From positions 65,224,001 to 65,288,000 of the forward strand of contig NW_025964001.1 in the NCBI RefSeq assembly GCF_023055435.1: a DNA stretch of 64,000 nucleotides, read 5' to 3'. The notes below the pieces were generated by a model. The model was given only the letters and a program-made list of their open reading frames with translations. It searched no databases and was not told the origin of the DNA. The stretch is from Haliotis rufescens (Eukaryota). This document shows positions 12,150 to 23,545 of the stretch, in pieces. Every line of letters starts with the position of its first letter. Within the stretch, counting starts at the first letter, position 1. Made by a program: the position numbers and the translations under genes.

Positions 12150-12720
12150 TTATCCTTCCATTTCTAACTACAATAACATGTTCAAAACACCTAGTCTCTG
12201 CAAACTCGAACAGCGTACGAGAAAAGGACAATGTCATCGGCTACTAATAGAAACAGATCTTCAATGGTTTGAATAACAAATATATCATGATCACAAGCAG
12301 CATACATTTCCAGCACAAGCTCATTAACAAAGAGTATGAACAGGACAGGGCTCAAAACGCAACCTTGTCTTACCCCATATAAATAAAAGTTTTACAGCAT
12401 CCAACCTTTACTCCTGCTTTTACAGATGCATACATACCCATTAACAAACTCTACATTTTACCATAACATCCTTCTTGTGAGAGTAAATATAATTTTGTTT
12501 ATCCCTGTCAGTATAATCAAACGCCTTTCTAAAATTACTAAATGCACAAAAAATCTGCCTTTTGGCTTACAGAGATATTTTTAACATAATGCCTGCAACA
12601 TGAAATATCATCAGTGGTAAAGTATTGAGAACAGAAACCTGCTTGAGATTCTGAAATCCTTTACCTCTACTCAGATTGTACCGTTTACATTGAAATCCGG
12701 ATAAACGAGTTTCTGGTTCT
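12150..12720 (-). mobile_element. Decayed LINE reverse-transcriptase fragment (RTE/RTE-X-like)
   Basis: Minus-strand translation gives SQAGF, FCAFSNFRKAFD, GVRQGCVLSPVLFILFVNEL and ADDIVLF RT motifs, with disruptions. Confidence 0.85.
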
Positions 12721-12857
12721 GAAGTAAAACCTCTTGAATTTATGTAATATGTAATGTGCCATATGTAATGACATCAAAGAGAAGCATATTCTATGGGCTA
12801 AAATCCATCCTATGGGCAGAATGTTCAAAGAACTACTTTATTACCCTTTACCATGGG

Positions 12858-13299
12858 GACCCGTGAAGTTCTGGGTAGAATAGGTTTTCAGCAACCCATG
12901 CTTGCCGTAAAAGGTGACTGTGCTTGTCGTAAGAGGCGACTAACGGGATCAGGTGGTCAGGCTCGCTGACTTAATTGATGCATGTCATCGTATCCTGGAT
13001 CGGGGGCGGTCGGGTAGCCCAGTGGTTAAAGCATTAGCTCGTCACGCCGAAGACCCGGGTTCGATTCCCGACATTGGTACAATGTGTGAAGCCCATTTCT
13101 GGTGTCCCCCGCCGTGATATTGCTGAAATATTGCTAAAAGCGACGTAAAACCAAACTCACTCACTCACTCACTCACTAATCGTGGATCGATGCTCATGAT
13201 GTCACTCACTGGATTGTCTGGTCCAGATTCGATTATTTACAGACCGCCGTCATATAGCTGAAATATTGCTGAGTGCGGCATAAAACAAAAACACCCAAA
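12858..13299 (+). mobile_element. SINE B, full length, interrupted by SINE A
   Basis: Starts gacccgtgaag; TSD-like accctttaccatg / acccttttccatg. Confidence 0.9.
13002..13177 (+). mobile_element. SINE A nested in SINE B
   Basis: Full head, B box and (ACTC)n tail. Confidence 0.95.
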
Positions 13300-13509
13300 A
13301 CCCTTTTCCATGATCAGCGGATCGGGGTCCTCCCATTTGTCAGACACCCAGTTGTCAGACAGTGGAATATGTTTTAACTGCTACACACCCCTTTATTCAT
13401 AATGATATGACCCAGACACTGGCAATCTCTTTGAAGTTTTAAACGGCTTAGTTAAACTGTAAATATGTTTCAGTTTGTGATATGGTGCTTAGAATACCAC
13501 CCGGGTCGT

Positions 13510-14030
13510 CGAAGTTAAATTTATCACATAAACGCCAACTGCGGCTTTTTGACAGTATGCTCATGCTAGTTCTTCTCTACGAATGCGAAGTATGGGGATT
13601 TGAAAACATCTCAACTCCAGAAGGTGTCCATTTGCGTATATTAAACTATCTTTTACCATCAAGAAAATGTACTACAAATTTCATGGTATATGGGGAACTT
13701 GGATCATCTATCAAACATCGCTAACTGAGAATTATAAGTTTTGGGGGAACTTACTCTGCGGGAAATCATCTAAATCATCCTTTCTTGTATACAAGTTATT
13801 ATTTAATGACGACCTATTTGGAAAATGTAAACATAAATGGATTAAATATATCAAACGAACTTGGGCTTAGCTTAATCTGGTTTTCTCAAAGTTTCAAAAA
13901 TCCTACTTATCTAAAACATTTAGTCCATGAAAGTTAAATTATAGAAATCTACAGTGTTGGACAAGTGCAAGTGATAAGTTTTCAAAATGCACAATGTTTA
14001 GTATCATAAAAAATGATTTCGGTTGTATTT
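13510..14030 (+). mobile_element. Decayed LINE ORF2 fragment (RTE-X-like, post-RT region)
   Basis: LRLFDSMLMLVLLYECEVWG..VHLRILNYLL..TTNFMVYGELG with stops and frameshifts. Confidence 0.8.
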
Positions 14031-14046
14031 GAAATCAACGGGAGCT

Positions 14047-14154
14047 GGGGCGGTCTGGTAGCCTAGTGGTTACAGCCCATTTCTGGTGCCCCGTCGTGAT
14101 ATTGCTGGATGATGCTAAAAGAGGCGTAAAAACAAACTCACTCACTCACTCACT
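14047..14154 (+). mobile_element. SINE A with internal deletion (no B box)
   Basis: gtggttac joined to agcccatttc; TSD tcaacgggagct on both sides. Confidence 0.9.
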
Positions 14155-15472
14155 CAACGGGAGCTCCACTACTCGGTTTAACACGAGGTAATAGAAATGT
14201 GCATGTATCATACGTAGATGCGTGACAACTTGCAAAGGTAAACAATCATTTTTCTTGTAAACAAATTCACTGCTGACTAATTGACTGCTGATGTTGTTAA
14301 TTGTGATAATGGCGGGCAGGGTATCGCGTTGTTGTTTTGTTTTTTAGCTCTTGTTTTATGTGTTTTGCTTTATGGAATGACATGTGTGGAAAGAAGTGAT
14401 CACTTCGGTTTGTTTGTGTTAGCGTTGGGAGGGGGAGAGGCATTGTTTCTTTTGTTTTTTTACTATTGCTGTTTGTTATTTCTCAAGCTGTTCAATTTAT
14501 TCTGCCGATTACAAAAAAGACAATATCTTTCGCAACTGGTTGTCTGGGTTAAATAGAGTTCAGCGTTCTGTATATCACTAGGGTGCACCTCAGTCACCCG
14601 TCCCGTTTATACAATGGCTTGAACAGCTATAGGCATTGTGCTCTCGTGGACATTGTTTTCATCAACTTTCATCAGGAAATCACGAAATCAGTTTATCGTC
14701 AATCGTCACCAATCATGCGAAATGAGCCGCGGTCTGTCAAGATACCACTACGATTCAATATTTCACAGATAAATCACCCACTAGAGTGTTAAAGAATGTC
14801 TTCTTGGCCAAAGTCAATATTTGGGATCAGTTTCGTTTCGTTTTAACATTTGTTCTGCTGTAAAAGTCATCATTTTATGTTTACCCTCTTGGGAGATACC
14901 AAGTAAAAGTGTCTTCAGTTTCGGTCGTCTTCGATAAATATCTCAACTCGCCGTTGAAAAGTGGTAAACTGAAATTGTTATCGTGTAAGCATTAAACTCG
15001 AGACCAGTCTCTCCAAAAACCTAATGCCTTAGGAAACCTGTATTTATTTTCAGTGTGTATCAATACACAAAAGTATATTATTTCGCGTGTCTCGAATAAT
15101 CTTCGCGTCCCCCGAGATTATTTTTGCGCAGATTAGGAACACATTTTATCTTCCTATTCTTAACGCTTGGAAGTAACCTTTTAGACTTGAAACAGTTATC
15201 CATAAAATAATTTAGTGTGGGTGTATCGGTTTGTTTGTCTGCGATAAGATATGGTTTACAGGAATCGGGTACATGTCTTTTGGAATCTGTCTTTGACAAG
15301 GTTGGATATACAGTGAAATGTATCTTTAGGAATCAGCACGACTCTTGTAAATGAATACTAACAGTTTAGGGCGAAATGTGATCTGACAGATTGGAATAAA
15401 AAAATAAATATATGACAGGCTTTGTGGAAGATAGGGTATAAGTGTGTTATTGTACTTGAATACACACATTAG

Positions 15473-15588
15473 AGGTGGTGGTAGTGGTAGTGGTGGTGGT
15501 GGTGGTGGTGGTAGCAGCAGCACTAGCAGTAGTAGTAGTAGTAGTAGTAGTAGGAGTAGTAGTAGTAACAGCAGTAGTAGTAGTAGCG
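15473..15588. repeat. (GGT)n/(AGT)n microsatellite
   Basis: Directly visible. Confidence 0.95.
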
Positions 15589-15674
15589 GTTTTTTATAAG
15601 CGCAATAATCTCGAACGCGACTCTTAACCTCATTTCACCTTTCACGGCCGTTTCCACGTTCACTTTGACCACGT

Positions 15675-15813
15675 CTAAGTCGCCGGTATTCGTTGTGCGG
15701 AGTTGCGTCCCTTAGGCATGCCAGGAACCTATCATCTAGGGTTCGAACCCGAGATTCGCCCTGTTTGTTTCTAGGTTGTCAGCACTATACACGCGCTCGT
15801 GGGCTTCAATAAA
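15675..15813 (+). mobile_element. SINE C 5' part
   Basis: gagttgcgtccctt..ggttcgaaccc..tttctaggttgtcagcac. Confidence 0.8.
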
Positions 15814-15980
15814 GTGAGTGAGTGAGTATGGTTTTACACCGCTTTTATCAATATTCCAGCAATATCACTGCGGGGAACACCAGAAATGGGCTTCACAAAT
15901 TGTACCAGTGTCGGGAAATCGAACTCGGGTCTTCGGCGTGAGGAGCGAACGTTTTAACCACCAAGCCACCCCACCTCTCC
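15814..15980 (-). mobile_element. SINE A
   Basis: Family A match. Confidence 0.9.
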
Positions 15981-16097
15981 TCATACATTATTAAAAAAAA
16001 CATGAGTAAATGATAAACTATTCCAGTTTTCACATCATATTACCAGTAATTATTAGTACATTTACCTTTTTTCAACAATAATGTCATTCTTGCATCT

Positions 16098-16357
16098 CGC
16101 AGAGACGCGTCCCTAGGGCACACCAGAAACCTATGATTGTGGGTTGGAATCCAGGTTCGCCCCGATTGTTTCTAGGTTTGTCAGCACCATACCAGTGCTC
16201 GTGGGATTCACCGAAGTGATAAACGTCTGAGACCTGCATCACTTGGGACTTTCCTCCAACATGAAGCTGACACGCCGTGATATAACTGGAATACTGTTAA
16301 AAGCGGCGTTAAACCCAACTCACTCACTCACTCACACCACTCACTCACTCACTCACT
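16098..16357 (+). mobile_element. SINE C (V-domain-like), 5'-truncated
   Basis: ccagaaacctatgattgtggg..gtgctcgtgggattcaccgaag..tttcctcc..shared tail, (ACTC)n. Confidence 0.9.
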
Positions 16358-17046
16358 GTCCTTCATTAAAACATTAATTAAAACATGACACAAGCATAAT
16401 ATTTTTCTCTCCATATATATTTTTTATAAATTTGTGTTTGTTCATATTGATATTTTAAATAGTCTTTGTTGCAGCAGCTGAGCCCTGCCCCGATGACTTG
16501 TATACAACATCTTTGGCACCTGCTTTGTCACGAATGTTCTTCAAGGGCCACGCAACGTGGTTACCACGCCAGATTCCCCAAGCAGGGAAACGGAAATCGG
16601 TGTTATTCCTAGTTTGTTTATGGTTTGTAAAACTCTATTGTGCATTCCAAAACATCTCGAAAGGGATTTCACCTCAAGTGCACAGATGGAAGGCAGTTTG
16701 AAAGTCTATTGCGAAAACTTCACAAGTGCCGTATTTGTTTTCCAGTTTTTTGTGTGTGTTGATCTAGTGATAGGTATCACGAATAAACCGCCAACTTTCC
16801 ACGCAACGAGAAACAGTGCCCGGTCGGTGTTTGGGGGTAGATATTTCCCAGATTATATAAAGGAGGAGCGTTTAAAAAGTCTTAAATAATCTCAAGTATT
16901 GTTTACGTGTTGGCTTCAGTAATGTCGCCGTGGTGAAATATATTTCATGTATGGCGGTTTAGAAAAAAAAAAAGTTGTTAAAGTAGAATATGTCGATTAT
17001 GAAATGTAATTCTAGTTGTTTATTCCAAATTATTTTTTTGTCTTCT

Positions 17047-17300
17047 GTTTGGTTTAATAGCACTATTCCAGCGCTATTCCAACACTATTCCAGTACTAGT
17101 CCAACACTAATCCAGCGCTATTCCAGTACTATTCCAGTACCATTCCAGAACTATTCCAACACTATTCCAGCACTATTCCAGTACTATTCCAGCATTATTC
17201 CAACACTATTCCAGTACTATTCCAGCACCATCGCACTGTGTGTTCCAGTGGGGAGTAGAACCCGGATTTTAGACGTAACCCTTTTATCACTACAGGTTGC
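17047..17300 (-). repeat. 11-bp minisatellite (ctattccagya)n grown inside a decayed SINE A
   Basis: ~15 units at 17060-17228 resemble the tail motif aatattccagc; followed by remnant gtggggagtagaacccgg. Confidence 0.7.
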
Positions 17301-17360
17301 TGCGCTATCCCCACAAGGAATTGTTGCATCTAACACAATGATGTCATTACGTAAATTCAT

Positions 17361-17613
17361 GTTGTTTGTTTGTTTGTTTCGTTTGTTTGTTTTTTTAACG
17401 CCACACTCAGCAATATTCCAGCTATATGACGGCGGTCTGTAAAAAATCGAGTCTGGACCAGACAATCCAGTGATTGATATCATGAGCATCGATCAACGCA
17501 ATTGGCACACGATGACGTGCATCAACCAAGTCAGCGAGCCTGACCACCCGATCCCGTTTATAATAGTCACCTCTTACAAGCATGGGTTGCTGAAGGCAAA
17601 TTCTGACCCGGTC
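17361..17613 (-). mobile_element. SINE B
   Basis: Family B match. Confidence 0.9.
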
Positions 17614-18002
17614 GTATATTCATGTTGATATCTTTACTGAATCTTGATAACCACGGTACCGAAACTTTTGGGCTAGTTTTCACCCTATCTCCAAAAATGC
17701 AACGAATGATAATCGGTTATAACGATATGAAATCGTAAGGTGGTGGTAAATAAAGTCGATGCTTATGTGACTATCGAACTGATGTTTGGGAGTCTGTTTG
17801 TATTCGACATATCAGGTGTTTACAAACACTGGAAGGATACTGAGGGTGTTTCGCTATACTTAGAGGGGTGGTTGGTGTGGTTGTTCTTACTGAACCGTCC
17901 TATTCCCCGGGTTCTAGAACAGGAAAAGTGCTGATTCGGCGAAAATACTCTCTTACTCATCCCCTGTGCAAGGGGGTATGTATAGCCACTAATTGTCGCA
18001 AA

Positions 18003-18843
18003 TATTATCCCCCGCCACTAAGTGGGGGAGGGGATATAGAAACGGAGTTCGTCCGTGCTTCCGTCCTTCCGTCGTGCCGTCTGTCCGCTTCTCAAAGGGG
18101 ACCACTTTTCTCAAAAACTATTTAAGTTAGAGAAATGATATTTTACACACTGATATTACTGGACATGATCTTAAATGGGTTCGAAATTTGGTGTCTTAAA
18201 TTCATGTTTACAGAGTTATGGCCCTTGCTGAGTGCTTTGTGTGTGCAATGAAGGCAACTTTACAGAAACTACTGTCACATGAATGAAAGTTTGCATGCTT
18301 ATCTAAGAGATCCTTGTCAAAACTGAGTTCGAAAATTGGTGCCGTGAATTATTTTGTTACACAGTTAAGGCCCTTGGTCCTTGTCATCGTACCTAGTACA
18401 TAGTGTCTGCATTGGGGACAAGGTTTCTCAGAAACTACTAACGTTACATCAATGAACCTTTGCAAGCTTATCTCAGAAATATTTGTCAAGATTAAGTTCC
18501 AAATTTGGTGCCGTAAATTATTTTTTTACAGAGTAACTTCCCTTGCTACATGTTTTTTTAGATTTTGTGCATACAGTTATGACCTTTGATCCACGTTATT
18601 TTACAAAGTGCATCGTGTCAGAAACTACTGAAGTTAGTTTATCTAAGACTGGATTATTTCTTTCCAGAGAAGGGGCCTTTTGTGTGTATTAATTTCACAC
18701 TTAACCATTTTTTCTGACGCCATAAAGCGACTTTAGTGCCAATCTCTTTATAGGACTCTTTTTTATTGTTTACATTCACTGTTCTACAAACAAACAAAAT
18801 TCTAAAGTGCCCCGTGGCGGGGGAAGTGGTAATGCTGTTTTTA
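18003..18843 (+). mobile_element. Helentron-associated (HINE/DINE-1/pearl-like) non-autonomous element
   Basis: Subterminal IR cccccgccac (18009) / gtggcggggg (18814), 5' short palindrome, (TCCG)-like microsatellite, internal ~150-170 bp degenerate repeats with agagttatggcccttg, T-rich ends. Confidence 0.8.
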
Positions 18844-18980
18844 TGTTATATTTTCATCATGCATGTATTACATGTATAATTATGTGCCATGTTCTCACCA
18901 CTGTGACATATTATAGACGTCACATTATTGTCTATATGCAGATGAAAGGCACTCCTTGTTCAATTTTCTTTCTTTAAAAC

Positions 18981-19172
18981 GGGGCACGGGTGGCCCAGTC
19001 GTTAAAGGCGCCGCGATTCGCTGTGCAGAGTTGCGTCCCTTGGGCAGGCCAGAAACCTATGATTGTGGGTTCGAATCCCGGTTTGCTCCGATTATGTTTC
19101 TAGGTTTGTCAGCACCATACCCGTGCTCGTGGATTTCACCTGCATCACTTCGGGCTTTCCTCCCACACAGAC
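18981..19172 (+). mobile_element. SINE C, 3' end replaced by SINE B
   Basis: GGGGCACGGGTGGCCCAGTCG head, GGTTCGAATCCC, tttcctcccaca. Confidence 0.9.
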
Positions 19173-19177
19173 GCGAT

Positions 19178-19384
19178 CTGTAAATAATCGAGTCTGGACC
19201 AGATAATCCAGTGATTGACATCATGAGCATCGATCCACGCAATTGGGATTCGATGACATACAACGATCAAGTCAACGAGCCTGACCAACCGATCCCGATA
19301 GTCGCCTCATACGACAAGCATAGTCGCCTTTTACGGCAAGCATGGGTTGCTGAAAACCTATTCTACTCCGGATCTTCACGGGCC
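19178..19384 (-). mobile_element. SINE B lacking tail
   Basis: Family B match abutting SINE C tail-to-tail. Confidence 0.9.
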
Positions 19385-22051
19385 TGATTGAATGGGGTAT
19401 TATGATTGGATCGAAACAACGACGGTGTTTTTTGTCAAGATATTGATTTACTCGACAAGGAATTCGAGACATAGAGAGTACGAGCAACCAGGGTTAACTG
19501 TCTGCACTGAATGATGCAAAACAGATATTATCATATTTTATCTGAAAACATTTCCAGTATAATTGGCAAAATTCACGTAATGATTTTCATCTGTGAAAAA
19601 CACACCAACTTCATCACAGTTTAATCAGATTATGAATCCCTTTTCCAAATATTTATCAAAACGGTGTCAATTTCGTTTGTTGTCAATCAAGCCTCCGGAG
19701 CCGTTGCGACCATGTGCATACACAGTTCATCACATTTGTCATGGTGAAAGCGAGCAAATATATAACAAATGTTTGTGCAGTTGTATCTCTCCGATCATTT
19801 TCAATTTATCTCCATCATAAACACTGAAGCCACCTGCCTGGGTAAAGTGGCGCTTGTTAAACAAACTATTAACACGTAGATCTGTTTTTTTCCAACTTGA
19901 TCATAACTCCTAGCTGTGCGGTTTATCGCCGAGATTACGTGATGAACGAGTTTGGTAATTTGGTTAACGGTTGGAGGGTATTGTGTGAACAGTTACGTCT
20001 TCCGTCGTCTAGACGGCCGTCAGTTGGTCTATCTCACACGACCTTGTCAACACCGCAGGATCAACGGATGTCTATATCATATGAGTGACAACATCTATGT
20101 ATATAGCACCGCCCACTGATGCCGACAAGGAAATGGCGGATGACGTTTGCTTTAAAATATAGGAGAAAAACTTTGTGGTAGATCAGATTTACTGTTGGCT
20201 TTTTGTTATTTATTTATTTATTTTATTTACAAGGTGGAGATAGTTGGTGCGTGAGAGAGTGTGTGAGGTTTTACTCCGTGTTATTTCAAAATCTTCCTAA
20301 CAGAAGAGATTTGAAAGGGTTTATGTATTACGAATTATGTTTTGCCGTCCATGATGCAAGTAGATCTCTGTATTTAGCCTAAGAAGCGAACACTCTGACC
20401 GCTAGGCTGTTGATACAAGGTTTTGTTGAAAAGGCCAACTCTCAGAGTTAGAGAGAAGATGCTACATTGCTGTTTATGTCAACTTAAAAGTTATAAAAAT
20501 AAGATAATATTTCTTGCAGAAAGCTTTCCATTCTAGAACAGGTGCAATCTTTAAAATGACAAAACATTATCATTTATACATACATATATACAGACATACA
20601 TACATACCTGTAAACACAAAATAGTTATGTCTATTTATATATAAAAAAATCAAACTGTTCATGTTTTCAATCGTTTCTTTCGTCTCTACATAGACCGAGC
20701 CATTAAAGACAAAAAAAGTGTTTTCTTTTATTCGTTTCAATAAAACACACTGTAAAACATCTCGAAACACGAAATGGTGTAAACCTTGATGCAGAGTTTC
20801 TCAAAGTAATCTTAAGAACATTCAGTTCAGGTTCTCGATGCGGGCCAGCGTATATTACTTTGAAGTGGGGAAACCCCCTTTGAAAAATAAATCATCTAGA
20901 TTGAGTTAACCTATCGTCACGTCACGAACACATATTAAATCATAAATAATGTAAGAGACATAAAGACCCGTACTTTATGACAATATAATCATGCTGAACC
21001 GTTTGTTGAAAATGTCGAACCCATCGTGATTCTTATCCGTTCCATCGATCAGTAAAGAGAGCACATTACATTGAACGGGTGAAAGAATCGCCCATATAAT
21101 CCCCCACACCTGCGCTCAATCCTGCACGGTCAGTTGATAATGGGCCGAATTATCAGACAGCGTGACCGTCAGATGACACAGTCTACCGGACACTGGTCAG
21201 TGGTTCCCAGACCGAAATTGACAAATGAGGGAATATTGGAACTATAAGCGAAGGCGTTTGTTGTGATAAGGGGCACCTTACATCACACGAAAACACGGAG
21301 TTCAAAACAGGCAAACAAAATTGGCGAAGATTACCTAAGAATTGGTGCCACATGTTTGTCGGGGGATCGTTAATTTGTCATAGAGAAGCCCTTCTCGGTT
21401 TCTAGCAACGACTGGCGATCATTAGCGTTAATTAGTCTCAGCATTGAAAACATTTTCTTAGTCTCAACTAATTACGGTGATGTATTTACAAGATGACCTC
21501 CGATTGCGGGGGATCGTAAACCACGGGGAGTTATGCGATTAAACACCGGTTCTGTCAGCGTTTCAATTGTTTTATGACTTTACCGTGAAGTACGGTGGTA
21601 ATTTTTGCGAAATGTGCTGTATAATGTCAAATAGTCCTGCACCATGACTATGGAATATATTTATTTTATGAAAACAAAATCAATCTAGATAAATATACAA
21701 AAGCAAGTCTAGCCAGCTCTAGCCAGCTCTTTTCCATATGGAAAAAGTATCAGGAAACTTATTTGTTATAATTTTAGAGGAAAGAAATGAATTGTGTTAT
21801 AAAATATTTCATACACCATATGTTAGTCTAATTGTCAAACCGAACTGTATTGTAAAGCGTATTTGCCATGTCCGGGTCTACGAACTTGTGGAGTGAGTGA
21901 GTGAACGTAACGCTGTTTTGAACGGTGCTTCAGTTATTTCACGAAGTCAACTTGTAGAATGACAACCAAAGTAGAATCATACATTTTAAAACTTCGTGAC
22001 ACCTACGACCACAGGCATGGCACGAACTGACACAAGACCATAGTCGGAACG

Positions 22052-22193
22052 TGTGAGTGAGTGAGTATGGTTTTACGCCGCTTTTAGCAATATTCCAGCA
22101 ATATCACGGCGGGGGACACCAGAAATGGGCTTCACACCCGGGTCTTCGGCGTGACGAGCGAACGCTTTAACCACTAGGCTACCCGACCGCCCC
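22052..22193 (-). mobile_element. SINE A with short internal deletion
   Basis: ttcacac joined to ccgggtc; perfect TSD tagtcggaacg (22041 / 22194). Confidence 0.95.
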
Positions 22194-22399
22194 TAGTCGG
22201 AACGAAGCTGTCGAACTGTAAACAGAGGCTGTTTATTTGTGATTGTATATGTTTTGTTACAACGTCATATCTAATAATGTAGTGACTATATTTTTAAGTT
22301 GGGTATTTCAGCTACACAACATCATGTTGATTTGTGATTCGTTATCACGTAATTGAAAGCTTAAAGAACACATATCTCCTATTTCATTTACGAAATCTT

Positions 22400-22560
22400 C
22401 AGGCAAAGAAAATCTGCATCTCCTCTAGACCTTAATAATAGCAATATTTGTATTCCATTGTGTATATCAATGTTTATTACTTTCCGTTATAACTAGTCAT
22501 GTTCATGCTTTGTACCCTATACCCCCTGTCGGTGTTCATGTACAATAAATCCTCTTCTTC
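22400..22560 (+). mobile_element. Retroposon 3' end family E
   Basis: gcaaagaaaatctgcatctcctc..tgtacaataaatc(ttc)n. Confidence 0.8.
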
Positions 22561-22564
22561 TATC

Positions 22565-22723
22565 GGGGGCGGTCGGGTAGCCTAGTGGTTAAAGCGTTCG
22601 CCCGTCACGCCGAAGACCCGGGTTCGAATCCCGACATGGGTACAATTTGTGAAGCTCATTTCTGGTGTCCCCCGCCGTGATATTGCTGGAATATTGCTAA
22701 AAGCGGCGTAAAACCACACTCAC
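22565..22723 (+). mobile_element. SINE A
   Basis: Full length; TSD cttcttctat. Confidence 0.95.
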
Positions 22724-22742
22724 TTCTTCTATAGAGGATATT

Positions 22743-22914
22743 TAAGACTGTACTGAATGATAACTCCATGTCAATACAGTAATTCTATCCTTATAATAGG
22801 CAAGTCTAGATAAGCGGACAGTGCACCAGTCTCTTATAGGGACAGCTATTTTATATAATCTAGAAATTATTATTTAAACTAATAATTTTTGCCTTAGAGA
22901 CTTGAGCAAGTCTA
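22743..22914 (+). mobile_element. M1 element, 5' end damaged
   Basis: Body matches 401-598; ends agacttgagcaagtcta. Confidence 0.7.
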
Positions 22915-23545
22915 CAGGATCTGTTCACAACGTATTTGCTACCAGGAGTCAGATTGTGAAGAGAACTAGTACAACTGATTGTATGGTACAAATTGAATGT
23001 ACAACCACAATACAAGAACGTATATTTGAAATTATCACAAAACGAGGACATTTTAACCCATGCCTTGCTCAAAATTGTTGTGAAGTGTACAGTTTGCCCT
23101 ACATGCTGTGTAATGGGTGGCATAGTCTGTGTGTGAATTGTTTGTAAGCAAATATAGCACAAGAATTTCATTGTAAAGATATTAATATATTTTGATTTAC
23201 TTGTATGTAATATTAAACGTCCTGCGCCTGTCAATAGTTTCGGTGGTGTTGTTTTTTTTATTAATTTGTTAGTCGTAAACAGTCTCTTGAAACTAGTCAG
23301 TCCTGGTTGATAACGATAGGCATTTGTTGGTCGCCAAAATGTGAAGGTTATTCTTGTGACAGAGGACCAGGGTTCGATTAGTAAGTACAGTGGAGCATAA
23401 AGAATGTGCTGTATGACACACACATACATATAACACAATACAGGCATTGTATTACGCACATACCCCACTTGTATTGAAATACGTGCATATCATGTAGCTT
23501 CTGTATAGTATGTTATATATTGTACAATAGACTGTCAAGATTAGT

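Noticed and set aside
22860-23468. 202-aa minus-strand ORF
   Set aside because: Longest non-repeat ORF, but no recognisable domain, no ATG start, and it ends inside an M1 element; BLASTP or RNA-seq could overturn this
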